39,961 bases of DNA from contig NC_057720.1 in NCBI RefSeq assembly GCF_004010195.1, forward strand, positions 18,138,425 to 18,178,385, written 5' to 3'. The position numbers were made by a program, and so were the translations under genes. Shown in pieces: positions 1 through 12,279 of the stretch (position 1 is its first letter; every line of letters starts with the position of its first letter). The notes below the pieces were generated by a model. That model saw only the letters and a program-made list of their open reading frames with translations, did not search any database and was not told the DNA's origin. This stretch comes from Chiloscyllium plagiosum (Eukaryota).

Positions 1-559
1 ATTTGTGCACATGGGCATATCTTAGTTCCCCCTTCCATGTGCTTTATGAGCATGGAAAATGAGATTTTCTGGAAGACTGTAGTTAATATATCTGAAGCCA
101 TTTATACATCTTTCCCCTACCTATGTTATTTAGTATGATTGCATTTCTAATAATATTTCATTTGGACAAAATGCATATTTGGAACTTCTGGCAATGCGAA
201 ACCTGGACTATTAGCTGTCAATAGTGACGTGCACCTCAAAAGAAATCCTGCCCACATCATTTTAACTGTATTAGAGCACAGATTTCCTATTTTGTTGACA
301 CCAGTTTGAATTCGGTGCTCTCAACAGGGGATCTGTGGCATCTATGAACAGGATAAACAGCAGAGAGGCTGTCAAACAAGAAAGAATGTAAAGCAGGAAA
401 TCAAAGGAGGGAAATTTAATCACAGTATAAATTGTATGAAGACAGGGATATCCACAATACAGGAATAACACAAATCGAAAGCCTTTTAGCAAACAGCATA
501 TCCCATCAGCTGCTCACAACAAAAAAAAACTGACAGCATCCAAAAGTTACACACTTGTA

Positions 560-960
560 AAATGTGCAAGTGTCCAATATAGATGTGATTCCACAATTAG
601 CCAGCACGTGCTGGGTATTCCTGAATGTGCAAACAATGATGTTGGGAACAAATGTAAAACTATCAACTCGGCACACAGTGGGATGTGGGTTCACTGGAAG
701 CTACATATTTTAATATATAGGGCCTACATATATTAATATATAGGGCCCTGTTCTTTGCAGATTGACAGAACATGTTCACACACTCTGCCTGCTTCAACTC
801 AACAAAACAGATCACAGTCATTCACTAGCGAATTTCTCAGGGAAATGACGTGACCAGAGTAAAATTGCCTTGTTTAAAATTTAAACAAAGTCTGGCAGTT
901 AGCTGCCAATCAATCATCACTAATTGGTGTATTCTCCACATGCCACCTCTTGCAACATGA
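560..960 (+). mobile_element. Degenerate Penelope-like element fragment (C-terminal GIY-YIG region and 3' flank)
   Basis: Broken translation CDSTISQHVLGIPECAN...LEATYFNI.GPVLCR..EHVHTLCL resembles PLE endonuclease C-termini. Contains a 23-bp tandem duplication at about 701-746. Confidence 0.6.
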
Positions 961-1423
961 GTTTTCATTTTCTGCAATAATCTTTGATGATACCTTATTA
1001 AATGTCTCTGAAATCTAAGTACAATACATCTACCAGTTCCCCTTTTTTGAAGCAATCTGTTACGTTATCAAAGAATTCCAAAACATTGATACATGATTCC
1101 TCTTTTTTTTATTTTTAAAGTCTGGCTTCAGAGTGAGATATTGTAGACTTCTGTTACAGAACTGGAATGATGAAACTGGAGTTCAAGATCAATTTTCTGA
1201 AGACATCTGGGTAGGGACAAAGAGTTATGAGAAAAACTGAAATGGATTCAAGTTAAGGTCTAACATATTTTTGAGTGAGTTACCTACTTAATTATCTCAC
1301 CACTGCCCAAAAGAGGATATAATAAAATTGGAAGAGGAAAGAACTTTCAGAAAAAAACCTAATCAAGTTAAATCTATTCAGTAAATTCTATTCCATGACA
1401 AAACTAATAGAAGTTATTTATAC

Positions 1424-1582
1424 CTGTGTTTCAAGTTCCAGCATCCTTTGTTTAACTTCTTTCAGTTCAGCCTGTGTTTCAGCTCCTCTAAGGCGCACTG
1501 TCATCAGTTCATCTTGCAGCTCACTTACAGCATTCTTCCGTGGGGAGTCTTTCCACCTGCCAGTTGTTCGAGCCAAATGACG
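1424..1582 (-). CDS. EVI5: EVI5 internal coding exon (159 bp, phase 0-0): RHLARTTGRWKDSPRKNAVSELQDELMTVRLRGAETQAELKEVKQRMLELETQ
   Basis: Acceptor ttatctctAG, donor GTataa; in frame with the upstream exon; RHLARTTGRWKD is EVI5-type. Confidence 0.95.
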
Positions 1583-1749
1583 CTAGAGATAATTTGAGAA
1601 TTGGAGTGAGTTTTATCAATGTCTGTGGTCACACATACCAATTCAAGTAAAGTTCACATCATTTTACAACTTAAAAGGACATATAAATCCTTTCAGTATA
1701 TCTTTTTAATATGGCGTGCCATTTCCTTGCAAAACAGATGGACTGCTTT

Positions 1750-3660
1750 GGATACTGTTGAGGGGAATGTCCTCTTGGAGAAAGCAGTAACAGCTAAATT
1801 TGTTGCAATACAATTGGCTCTGCTGCACAGGGAGGGAATACAGAGTGTGGGAATACACTTATATGGGATTCAATTGAAATAGGCAGGCATTTCTGTTGTC
1901 ACAGATGAGACTCCAAGATGGTACACTACCTCCCTGGAATTAGAGTCAAGAAAGTTTCAGAGCAGCTACAGGACATTCTGGAGGGGGAAGAACAGCCAGT
2001 GGTTGCGGTACATATTGGTTCAAATGATATTGGTTTAAAAAAAGGATGAGGTCCTAAAAGGATGGAGTCATCAGAAATAAATTGAAAAGTATAACCCCAA
2101 AAGATAGTGATCTCAGGATTATGGCCAGTGCCACAGGCTAGTCAGAGTAGAAATAGCAGAATATATCAGGATGAACATGCGACTAAAGAGATAGCGCAAG
2201 GAGGAGGGTTTCAGATTCCTCAGGGATCTGGGACCAGTACAAATTGAATGGATTACATCTGGGCAGTACTAGATCTAATGCCCCGGGGAAGTATTTACTA
2301 GAGTGTTTGTGGAAGCTAATATGGCAGGGGGATAGGAAACTAAGCAAGGAGTCAGAGAATGGGGAATCCCACACCAAGAACAAAAGGCAGGGGAACAAAA
2401 CAAAGTGACAGGCAGAGAAATCAACGGCCAGGATCAAACAGGGACATTGTGAACAGTAATGGGAATGGGGCAAGAAATGATTTTCAAAAAAAACAAGCCT
2501 TAAGGCACAGAACATATGTAATAAAATGGATGAATTAATCATGGTGACAACAGGTATGATATCGTTGGTATTATGGGGACATCGCTGCAGAGTGACTCAG
2601 GATGGGAAGTGAATATTTGGGGTATTCCGTATTTAGGAAGGACAGAAAAAGGTAACGGCAGTGGAGTTGCATTGCTGGTTAAAAAGGAAATTAATATAAT
2701 AGTCAGGAAGGAGGTTAGTCTCGATGATGTGGAACCTGTATGGGTGGGGCTGAGAGACACCAAGAGGCAAAAAACATTAGCGGTGGTTTTGTATAGACAC
2801 CCAAACTGTAGAGGCGATTTTGGGAATGGCATTAAACAAGAAATTAGAGATGCATGCAATAAAGAAATGTAATTATGAATAACTCTAATCTGTATCTCGA
2901 TTAAGCAAAACAAATTAGTAGCAATACTACATGAGGAATGCCTAGAGTGTATACAGTTCCCCAACATATTGGTCCATTCTAACTAGAGACTAGGTCATTG
3001 GAGACTGAACTGAGAAAGGAATAATTGGCAATCTACTTGTGCAAGCCCCCTTGGGGAAATGAGCAATCATAGTGATAGACTTTTTATCTTGATGGGGAAT
3101 TCTAATAGAGGAAAGCACAATGGTATGAGGCTCAAAATGGCTATGATTGATAGGAGGACATGATTCAAAGGAATGATGGCGAAAATGCAATGGCAAACAT
3201 TCAAATAGTGCATAAGTGAACTGCGACAACTGTTCATTCCTGTCTGGCACAAAGTAAAATGGTCAAACATGGCTTACAAGGGAAATTAGAAATACTATGA
3301 GATCGAGTGAAGAGGCATACAAACTAGTCAGAAAAAAACCCGAAAGATCTGAGGAGTGGAAGCAGTTTAGAATTCAGCAAAAGAAAACAATTTAATTGAG
3401 TAAAGGAAAATAGAGTACTTGAGTAAGCCTGTGTGGAACATGAAAAATAACTGTAAAAGTTTAAGTATCTGAAGAGAAAAAGTTTGAAGACAAATGTACA
3501 TCCAGAGAGAGGGAAACGATGAAATGGCTTACGAACTAAATATATATTTTGGTTCTGTGTTCACAAAGAGGGTCACAATGTTGGAAAATACAAGGTATGG
3601 TGAGGAAACCAAGGAATACAATATTTGTAAGGAAAGTGTGCTAGGGAGGTTGACAGAAGG
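1750..3660 (+). mobile_element. Decayed CR1 LINE 5' part (ORF1 SGNH esterase-like remnant plus APE endonuclease)
   Basis: VVAVHIGSNDIG at about 2000-2035 (esterase-like ORF1); GSGVALLVKKEI and VVLYRHPN endonuclease motifs in ORF 2573-2872; many stops and frameshifts. Confidence 0.85.
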
Positions 3661-6160
3661 TAGAACATAGAACAATATAGCGCAGAGCAGGCCCTTTGGC
3701 CCTCGATGTTGTGCCGACCTGTGAACTAATCTAAGCCCATCCCCCTATGCTATCCCATCATCATCCATGTGCTTATCCAAGGAATGCTTCAATGTCCCTA
3801 AGGTGGCTGAGTTAACTACATTGGCAGGCAGGGCATTCTACGCCCTTACCCCTGAGTAAAGAACCTGCCTCTGACATCGGTCTTAAATCTATCACCCCTC
3901 AATTTGTAGCTATGTCTGCTCGAACAAGCTGATGTCATCATCCTAGGAAAAAGACTGTCTACCCTATCTAATCCTCTGATCATCTTGTATGTCTCTATCA
4001 AATGCCCCCTTAGCCTTCTTCTCAGTCTTTCCTCAGAAGACATTCACTCCAGACCAGGCAACATCCTGGCAAATCTCTGCACCCTTTCCAATGCTTCCAC
4101 ATCCTTCCTGTAACAGGGCAACCAGAACTGTAGATAATATTCTAAGTGCGGCTGCACTCGCACTTTGTATAGTTGCAGCATGACCTTACAGCTCCAGAAC
4201 TCAATCTCTCTACCAATAAAACCTAACACCCTCCACTTGGCACTTCTCAGCCCAATTCTACAGTTTATCCAAGTCTCCCTGCAACCTGCAACATTCTTTC
4301 ACATTGTCCACCACTCCACCTATGCCTGTGTCCAAGTCGTTTATAAAAATGACGAACAGCAGTGATCCCAAAACAGATCCTTGTGGCATACCACTAGTAA
4401 CCGGACTCCAGGTTGAATATTTTCCATTAACCACCACTTGCTGCCTTCTTATAGAAAGCCATTTTCTAATCCAAACTGCTAAATCACCCTCAATCCCATG
4501 CCTCTGCACTTTCTCCAACAGCCTACCATGTGGAACCTTATCAAAGGCTTTACTGAAATCCAAACTGCCCTATCCTCATCCACGTGCTTGGTCACCTTCT
4601 CAAAAAACTCAATGACGAAACCATGTTGACTATCTGAAATCAAATTGTTAGATGCTAGATGATTATAAATCCTCTCTCTTATAATCCTTTCCAAAACCTT
4701 TCCGACAATAGACTTAAGGCTCATGGTCTATAATTACCTGGGTCATCTCTACTGCCCTTCTCGAACAAGGGCACAACATTTGCAGTCCTCTGCTACTAAA
4801 CCTGTAGACAATGATGACTCAAAGATCAAAACCAAAGGCTCCAACATCTCCTCCCTAGCTTCCCAGAAAATCCTTGGACAAATCCCATCCAGCCCAGGGG
4901 ACTTGTCTACTTTCACTCCTTCTAGAATTTGTAACACCTCCTCCTTACTAACCTCAATCCTTTCAAGTCTAATAGCCTGTATCTCAGTCTTCTCCTCTAC
5001 AATATTCTCCTTTTCCCGAGTGAAAACAGATAAGAAATATTCGCTTAGCACTTCTCCAATCTATATAGGGTCCACACACAACTTCCCACTTCTGTCTTTG
5101 ACTGGCCCTATTCCTACCCTCGTCACCCTTTTATTCCACATATATCTATAGAAAGCTTTAGGGTTCTCCTTTATTCTACCTGCTAAAGACTGCTAATGTC
5201 CTCTTCTTAACTCTCTCTTTAAATCTTTCCTAGCTACTCTGTAACTCTCCATCACCTCATCTGAACCATCTCATCTCAACATCACAGAAGCCTCCTTCTT
5301 TTGCTTAACAGCCTCCCTGCCTGACAGGAACATATCTATCAAGGACACGCAATATCTATTCCTTAAACCAGCTGCACATTTCGATTGAACCCATCCCCAC
5401 TCTATGCCTTCTAAGTCTTGCCTAATCGCATTATAATTGCCCTTCCCCAATCTGTAACTCTTGCCCTGTGGCATGTACCTATCCCTTTCCATCGCTAAAC
5501 TAAACGTAACCGAATTAGGGTCACTCCCTCCAAAGTGCTCACCTACCAATAAATCAAACACCTGGCCTGGTTCATTACCAAACACCAGATCTAGTGTGGC
5601 CTCCCCTCTTGTCGGCCCTTCAACATACTCTGTCAGGAAACCCTCCCGCACACATTGGACAAAAACATCTAACATACTAGAGTTATAGCATTTCCTGTCA
5701 ATGTTGAGGAAGATAAAGACCCAATAATGACCACCCTGTTCCTTTCACTCCTACCTAGAATTGTTTTGCCGATCCTCTCCTCCAAATCCCTGGAACTCTG
5801 CGAACGCCTATAAAAATCTCTCAGCAATGTGACCTCTCCTCTCCTGTTTCTAACCTTAAACCATACCACCTCAGTCGATGAGTCCTCGTCAAAAGTTCTT
5901 TCAGCCACCATTTTACTGTCCTTGACTAACGAGGCCACACCTCCCCATCTTTTACCACCTTCCCTGCTCTTAATGAAAGGTCTAAACCCTAGAACCTGCA
6001 ACAACCATTCCTGACCCTGCTCTATCCATGTCTCCGAAATGGCCACAACATCAAAGTCCCAGGTACCTATCCATGCTGCAAGCTCACCTACCTTATTTCG
6101 GATACTCCTGGTGTTGAAGTAGACACACTTCCAACCAGGTACTGTCTGCCAGCACATTCC
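3661..6160 (-). mobile_element. CR1 LINE, ORF2 from endonuclease start to 3' tail, with internal deletions and frameshifts
   Basis: ORFs give CVYFNTRSIRNK, ISETW, GGVASLVK, PTRGEATLDLV, KSPGLDGI, DFSKAFDKVPH, PQGSVLG, RVQPHLEY; (TAGAACA)n tail at 3661. Confidence 0.93.
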
Positions 6161-8333
6161 TGTGACTGTGAAATCTCTCCTTACTCTCAGCCATGATCAA
6201 AATTCAGTTTCAAGTAATTTTCCAGATTTATAACATAAAAAATCTCTATTGCTTCTTTTTAATCTAAATGGAGAAGATTTGCTAGATTTCCCTCCTTGCT
6301 GTGCATGGACACTAGTGCCTGAAAATATCAAGTTAAATATTGATAAATTCTGAAGATATCGAAGGGTATTGAATAACAGGCAAGTCTATGGATTTGTAGA
6401 CAAGCCGGTTTCGTTGAATTGCAGAACAGACTTGAGGGGCTTAAAGTCTTTCCCAGATCCTCATCTTTTCATTGCTTGTTGCATTAGAAACATTGTTTAT
6501 GATTCTGACCGGTCTTACACAAGATGTAGTTTGACCAGAACACTACAGGCCAGTTTGATAGGATTTTCTGACTTGCATTTTTCTAGATGGATTACAAGTC
6601 ATCAATTAACCGCAATTACCCTTCTACACTGGTTGAGTACAAAGTACCTAGTCACTGAGAGGTGTAATGGCCCAGATTTTCCAATGGTTAGATAGTTGAT
6701 CCTGCAGCACAGATAGAAATTGCTTGTCAGGACTCTGCAGAATCTCTGATGCAGCAAACTCTGAGGGAAATACATAGGAACTGAAGATTCAAACAAGCAG
6801 TTCGCCTGCGCTTGGAACCCTCCAGGAGCATCAATTCAAACTGGAGGATTTGGAGTGTTCCACTGCAATCAAGAGTCACTGGGGAAACATTAGACAATTA
6901 AAAACCAAGTCTGAAGTAATTATTAACTAGAACCCCTAATTTACCCCGAACTATAACTCGCCCAGACCTTATACACCCTCCAGACCCTGACTCGACACCC
7001 ACTCTTCCTTGCTGGACCCAACATCCCTCCACCCCATCCTTTGCCAGACCTGACACGCTGCTGCCATTCCCCCCCCCCCCCCACTTTTTCCTTGCTCGGC
7101 TGACAACCTGAAACATTCTATCATCCACTCAGTGCCCTGGCACACTACCCTCACACTTGGCCTGCAAATGGATCGTGTCATAGGAATTGTCAAATCGTCT
7201 GTCTGTGCTGCTGACATTTCAATCACAGCAGACAGCAACTACTGCTACAAGAAAAGGGGGTGGCATTCGCCAACAACCCTATATGACAAGGAACCTGTTA
7301 CTTTTAAGACGACTTCCCTTCTTCTGAAGGAGCCATGATTGGAACGGACTGCCAAAAACGTAGAGCTCTTTCTTAACATGAGCAAGGTGGTAATCACACT
7401 GTGAAAATTGGAAAATCTGGTCCAACATCTCTGTGTGATTCTGCGAAACTTAATTTTTTATTAGATGTGTAGATGAACTTTTGGGTGACTAATAGACATT
7501 TACTTCCTGTAAGGGAGGAAAGAATACGCTCAGCAACATTTGAAAATCAGAACTTTGAACGATTGCTAACCGCCAAGTTACAATATCATAGACAATTCAA
7601 CTGATTGTTCAAACAGTGATATCCTGAGTAAGTCCACAACACAATCTCAGGATTCAGATAAACTTGTAGACCAAGTAAACTCAAGTTGCTTACAACTTTA
7701 AATTACATTTCTGCCTCCGGATCACTCATGTTTCCTTTTTATCTATTTATATTTTCTCATTATTTCAATATTTGTCGATCAAATCACAGTTCATTTGAAA
7801 TGGCATCCATTCGTGGTTTATCACAGAGGTAACCTCAAGTACACCTGAGAATTTGGATGTATTCAAAAAGTCTAAAATACATTCAACTGCAATACAGGTT
7901 AATTCTTCATCTAAAATCTCACCTAATGGGCCAGTTCATTAAGCCATTACTGATATCGTATCAATGTGTCTTGGAGATTGCCAACTAATCTTAGCTGGGT
8001 AAAATATTTGAATGCTAAAGTAGCTCCTCAATGCCCTTAATCTGGCAAGGGTTTAAAAAGTCAGAAATTCCAGTCTTCATTTTCATGTTTCAACTTAAGC
8101 AAGATGTTTAAGAATTAATATTGGTGCCAACAGATTTGGCTTTAATTGCAATGTCTTTCATCACTGACAACATACCAATACTCTGTTGCATAACCAGAGC
8201 GATCACAAGGTACCCACAGGACATACCCCAGCAACTTCTGGAAAGGGAGAAACTTGTGAAGAAAAGGATTTTTGACTTCATTCTTCTTCTTCCTATACAG
8301 TATGTACATGCTTCCAACATTTCACTCGGTCAA

Positions 8334-8386
8334 GATTAGATTAGATTAGATTAGATTAGATTAGATTAGATTAGATTACAGTGTGG
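8334..8386 (-). repeat. (TTAGA)n microsatellite, the 3' tail of a severely 5'-truncated HE1-type SINE/LINE
   Basis: Reverse complement reads ccacactgtaatctaatcta..., closely matching the SINE end at about 35577-35608. Confidence 0.75.
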
Positions 8387-8404
8387 ATTCAAAATTTCAA
8401 TATT

Positions 8405-9028
8405 TGGCAGGAGAATCGATGTTTTGGACAAAAGCCCTTCATCAGGAATGAGGCTGGCAGCTGAGGGAGTAGTGAGATAAATTGGAGGGGGGATGAGGCT
8501 GGGGTGGAGGGGAAGGTAACTGAGAGTGCAATAGGTAGAAGGAGGTGGGGGTGATGACGATAGGTCAGAGAGAAGGGTGAAGTGAATAGATGGTAGGGAA
8601 GTTGGAAGGTTGGAACTGGTGAGGCATTCTTCCTCCAGGCGTCGGGTGGTTAGGGAGTGGTGGTGGTCCAGGATCTTGATGGAGTGGGAGGGGGAGTTGA
8701 AGTGTTCGGCCACGGGGAAGTGGGGCTGGTTGGTGTGGGTGCCCTGCAGATGTTCTCTGAAGTGCTCTGCGAGTAGGCATCCTGTCTCCCCAGTGTAGAG
8801 GACACCGCATCGGGAGCAACCGATACAGTAAATGACGTGTGGAAGTGCAGGTAAAACTCTGGTGGATGTGGAAGGCTCCTTTGGGGCCTGGGATAGAGTG
8901 AAGGGGGAGGTGTGGGTGTAGGTTTTGCATTTCCTGCAGTGGCAGGGGAAGGTGCCGGGAGGGGTGGGTGGGTTGAGTCTGAGGAGCAGGAGAATCAATG
9001 TTTCAGGCAAAAGCCCTCCTCACTTTCT
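8405..9028 (-). mobile_element. Penelope-like element fragment (Cys-rich linker, GIY-YIG endonuclease, pLTR with degenerate hammerhead)
   Basis: PGTFPCHCRKCKT, IYCIGCSRCGVLYTGET, REHL, PVAEHFNSPSHS in ORF 8366-9010; CTGATGAAGGGCTTTTGTCCAAAACATC on the minus strand at about 8418-8445. Confidence 0.88.
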
Positions 9029-9899
9029 CATGGTTCATGATGATTGCTACATGCGGTGCTAAAGACAGTAATAACATTACTTCAGCATCAATTGTGAACT
9101 TTCAAAACCTACAACTAGTGCTTTCTAAATGCATGCACACACTGGCCACTATTGTATATCAAAAGCATCATAGAAATATAGATAAATGGCACTAAGTCAA
9201 TCATATCCTTTGTGGTATCAGTTAAGTAGCATGACGACATTCTGGTTTACTAAAGTAGTACACCAGGCAGACCAGTAAACCAGTTCAGACTGTTACCCAT
9301 TTTTTTCTTTCACTGTTAGAAAGATCTGTACACAAATATCAAAGGTTAGAGGATAAACTTTATAGTATGTAGAAAATTAGTTTGCTTTTCAATTTTGGCT
9401 ACTTGACAATTCAGTCTACATTTACTACAATGTATGGCAGTATTAAATCTTCAGTTAACTAAATAGTATCCTTGTTGCCACCTACAGAATCAAAGTTGTA
9501 AGATATCTGAACTGATGAACTCTTCAACTTTCATTCTTAAACATAAAGTAGCTGAATGAAATGAGAACTGCCACAACCACATTATTCTTATTGGGCACTT
9601 AAGAAATCTCAAATTCTCAGTGAGATGAAGCATCATAAAATAAGATCATATCTTAAGAGTAAAGAGATTTTCACACAGTCACAGCCATCCCATTCATTAT
9701 ACGTCACAGAGCTGACAACAGAGGTAATGAACACCTCCTTGTCAACCATTACTTTTTCCAGTATAAAAAAATCATTCACTTTACATAGGACTGGAGGTGC
9801 ATTGACCAGACTAGTACAAGTGGCAAGTTCAGTCCCTGATAGGCACTGGTGAAACAGTGGACTGGTTGAGAAAATCTCTCAGAGGTATAACATGTTTTT

Positions 9900-11100
9900 A
9901 GACTGTCCAGAGAAACCTCAGACTTTGTCTAGCAGAGGAGACTAAGAAAGACGACAAGATTAACAACAGATATATTTTGTTGCATTCATCAACTTGACCA
10001 ATGCATTTTATTCACTAAGTTGGAAAGCTCTATGGACCCAGCTCAAAGATTGTCAAGAAACTTCTTCACAATTTTGCAAATTCCTCATGATAATAGGATT
10101 ATTATTGTGTGGGAGAAAGTCCAGACTGGAGTTATGCAAGCCTGTATGATAGACCCCATACTACCTACAACTTACCTGACAATAATTATACACCTCAAAG
10201 ATCATCTAAAATTCAGTGTCAACATTAAATACTGTCTAGATAAAAGACTCTTTAACCTCAATTGCCTGCGTTAAAACTAAACTGACTTTACATGTCTGCT
10301 GTATCATTGTCCAGATCTGAAGTTGCACCAGATTTGCAACTATTCTCATTCTCATACAAGAAACTCAGTCTACCTTTGAACATTACCAAAACACAACTCA
10401 TATCGGCCCATAACTGGGATTGCACAAATATCCCAGCTCCCAAATATTTTGATGTGGACATTCTGGAATTTGTTGGGAATACTTCTAATAACCTGGCAGC
10501 AACAGTTCTCACAAGGGTGCCATTGTTGAGGAGATCCAACACTGGGTCAGCCTTGTGAGCTCAATTGGACAACACAGGCCTCTGATATTCAGAAAAGTCC
10601 TAAGATTCAGTGCAGCCATTATCCTATAAGATGTCAGTGGGATATGGTCCAAGAAATTTCATCAGGAATCCATGCACACCTCTGGATTCAATGTGAGGAC
10701 CAACAAACAAATGCTAGTGCCTTTCTTGAAGTCAGCTTTCAAAGCGTTCAGGCAAAACTGTTACAAAATTAACTTGAATGGACTTGAGATACTTTCTAAT
10801 AAGCCCGTTCAGAGATGGTTTTACACCTCACTGAACAAAGTGGGACTTTATCCCTGGTCTCCTGGTTTATAGGTACCATTGCATCATTATTCAATGGACT
10901 CCACAATATGCCCATATGGCTGAAGCCTTCCATCCATGTGCAGTTTGCCTCACCCTCAAATATTTAGTGTTCCGGGACAGGGCAAAGAAAATTCTTCAAA
11001 GAAACTCAAGCTCTGCTTGAAGAATGGCAGCATTAGCATTAACAACTGAGGGAAGTTTGTAACCAATGTTTCAGAATGGTAACCTATTCATCAAGGCAGC
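9900..11100 (+). mobile_element. Ancient RTE-clade LINE relic (reverse transcriptase)
   Basis: Broken translations AFINLTNAFYSLSWKALW, VQTGVMQACMIDP, YCLDKRLFNLNCLR, LPLNITKTQL correspond in order to RTE motifs AFIDLTKAFD, GVKQGCV.AP, YR.DG.LFNL.RL, GL.I...KT. Confidence 0.75.
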
Positions 11101-12279
11101 ACATTTTGGACCACAGCATTACAATGAGGCAGAGCAGTGAATCCTGTGCTTCACAACTTGCAAAGGTAGGCTCTGAACTGCAGACTTCAGATGGTAATCC
11201 AGGATCTTTGCCCACCAAATTACAAAATGATCTGTTAAGGAATGGCAGAGATGATTTTTCTGAAAAGCACCATAATTGCTTTTCTCATTCTTCCATTAAC
11301 AAACCATCAAAGTCTTTGAGCTGGGTCCATAGAGATTTCTGACTTATTGAATAAAATTGATGATAAATACAATGAAATATATCTGTTGTTAATCTTGTCG
11401 TCTTTTCATGTGCGTGAAACAGTGTATGAAAATAAATGTTTCGAGTTACAGGGCACTGAGCTGAGCATTGTTCAGGTGAGAAAAGGCAAGTAATTCTTGA
11501 AGTTTCCCACTTTCAAATGCATCATCATTCAGTTGGGTAAACCCTGGCAACACATTTGGGAACCCTACCTTACTATCAACCTTCATTAAAGCTATTCCTA
11601 AGTCAGAAGGACATAGTTTAATGAAGTGCATCTGCCCCAGTCTGGTCAAGTCAGCAAGGCCAAATAAAAAGGGAAATCTCATCAACATGTCTTTGCAGAC
11701 TGGACAACCAGGGACGGCATATTCCCAAAATCCAAATTCATCTTCACCTAACATTTCCACATGCACACTTCTGTTATCAGGCTCGAAAACTTGAGCTCTT
11801 CTATATCTTTACCGGCACTTTAACTGTTATCCTGGATGGAATTAGCTAATGAAGGAGGGAGAGTATGAATTCTGACCAGTTTGCCATATTTTAGGCAGTA
11901 TGTACATCATTTAATCTGTTGGGAATGTTTTCCAGATTATTTGCAAATTGCCAACTTGAAGGTAGTATCTTGCGTAAGAAAGTATCTTGACGCAGTGCAA
12001 CAAGTTCACATATAAGGGAGACTCAATGGGATTAGAATATAGAAGAACATAGAACAGTACAGCACAGACAAGACCACTCAGCCCTCAATGTTGTGTCAAC
12101 CTATTCTACTCCAAGATCAGACTAACTATAGAACATACAACAGTCTGTTGCTGGACTGTTAATCCAGAGATCCAGGTAAAAATACGGGTCTGGCCAGGGA
12201 CGCCATAATCCAGCGATGGAATTAAAGACAAAATATATCAGTCTTGTGAAAAGGACAAGAGTTTCAGGTGCTGATAAGA

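Noticed and set aside
1395..1580. Plus-strand ORF (61 aa), and likewise 28930-29175
   Set aside because: Antisense shadows of EVI5 exons.
3661..6160. Intact or domesticated reverse transcriptase gene
   Set aside because: ORF2 is split over many frames with stops and deletions, and the FADD motif region is deleted.
6360..7700. Possible repeat or regulatory segment with a C-run and small hairpin
   Set aside because: Looks partly repeat-derived, but I could not find diagnostic termini or protein motifs to support a call.
8334..8386. Telomere-like or CRISPR-like array
   Set aside because: The unit is TTAGA rather than TTAGGG, has no spacers, and matches a SINE/LINE tail.
8366..9010. 214-aa ORF as a novel nuclease gene
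   Set aside because: Frameshifted, internally deleted PLE GIY-YIG fragment running into pLTR and microsatellite sequence.
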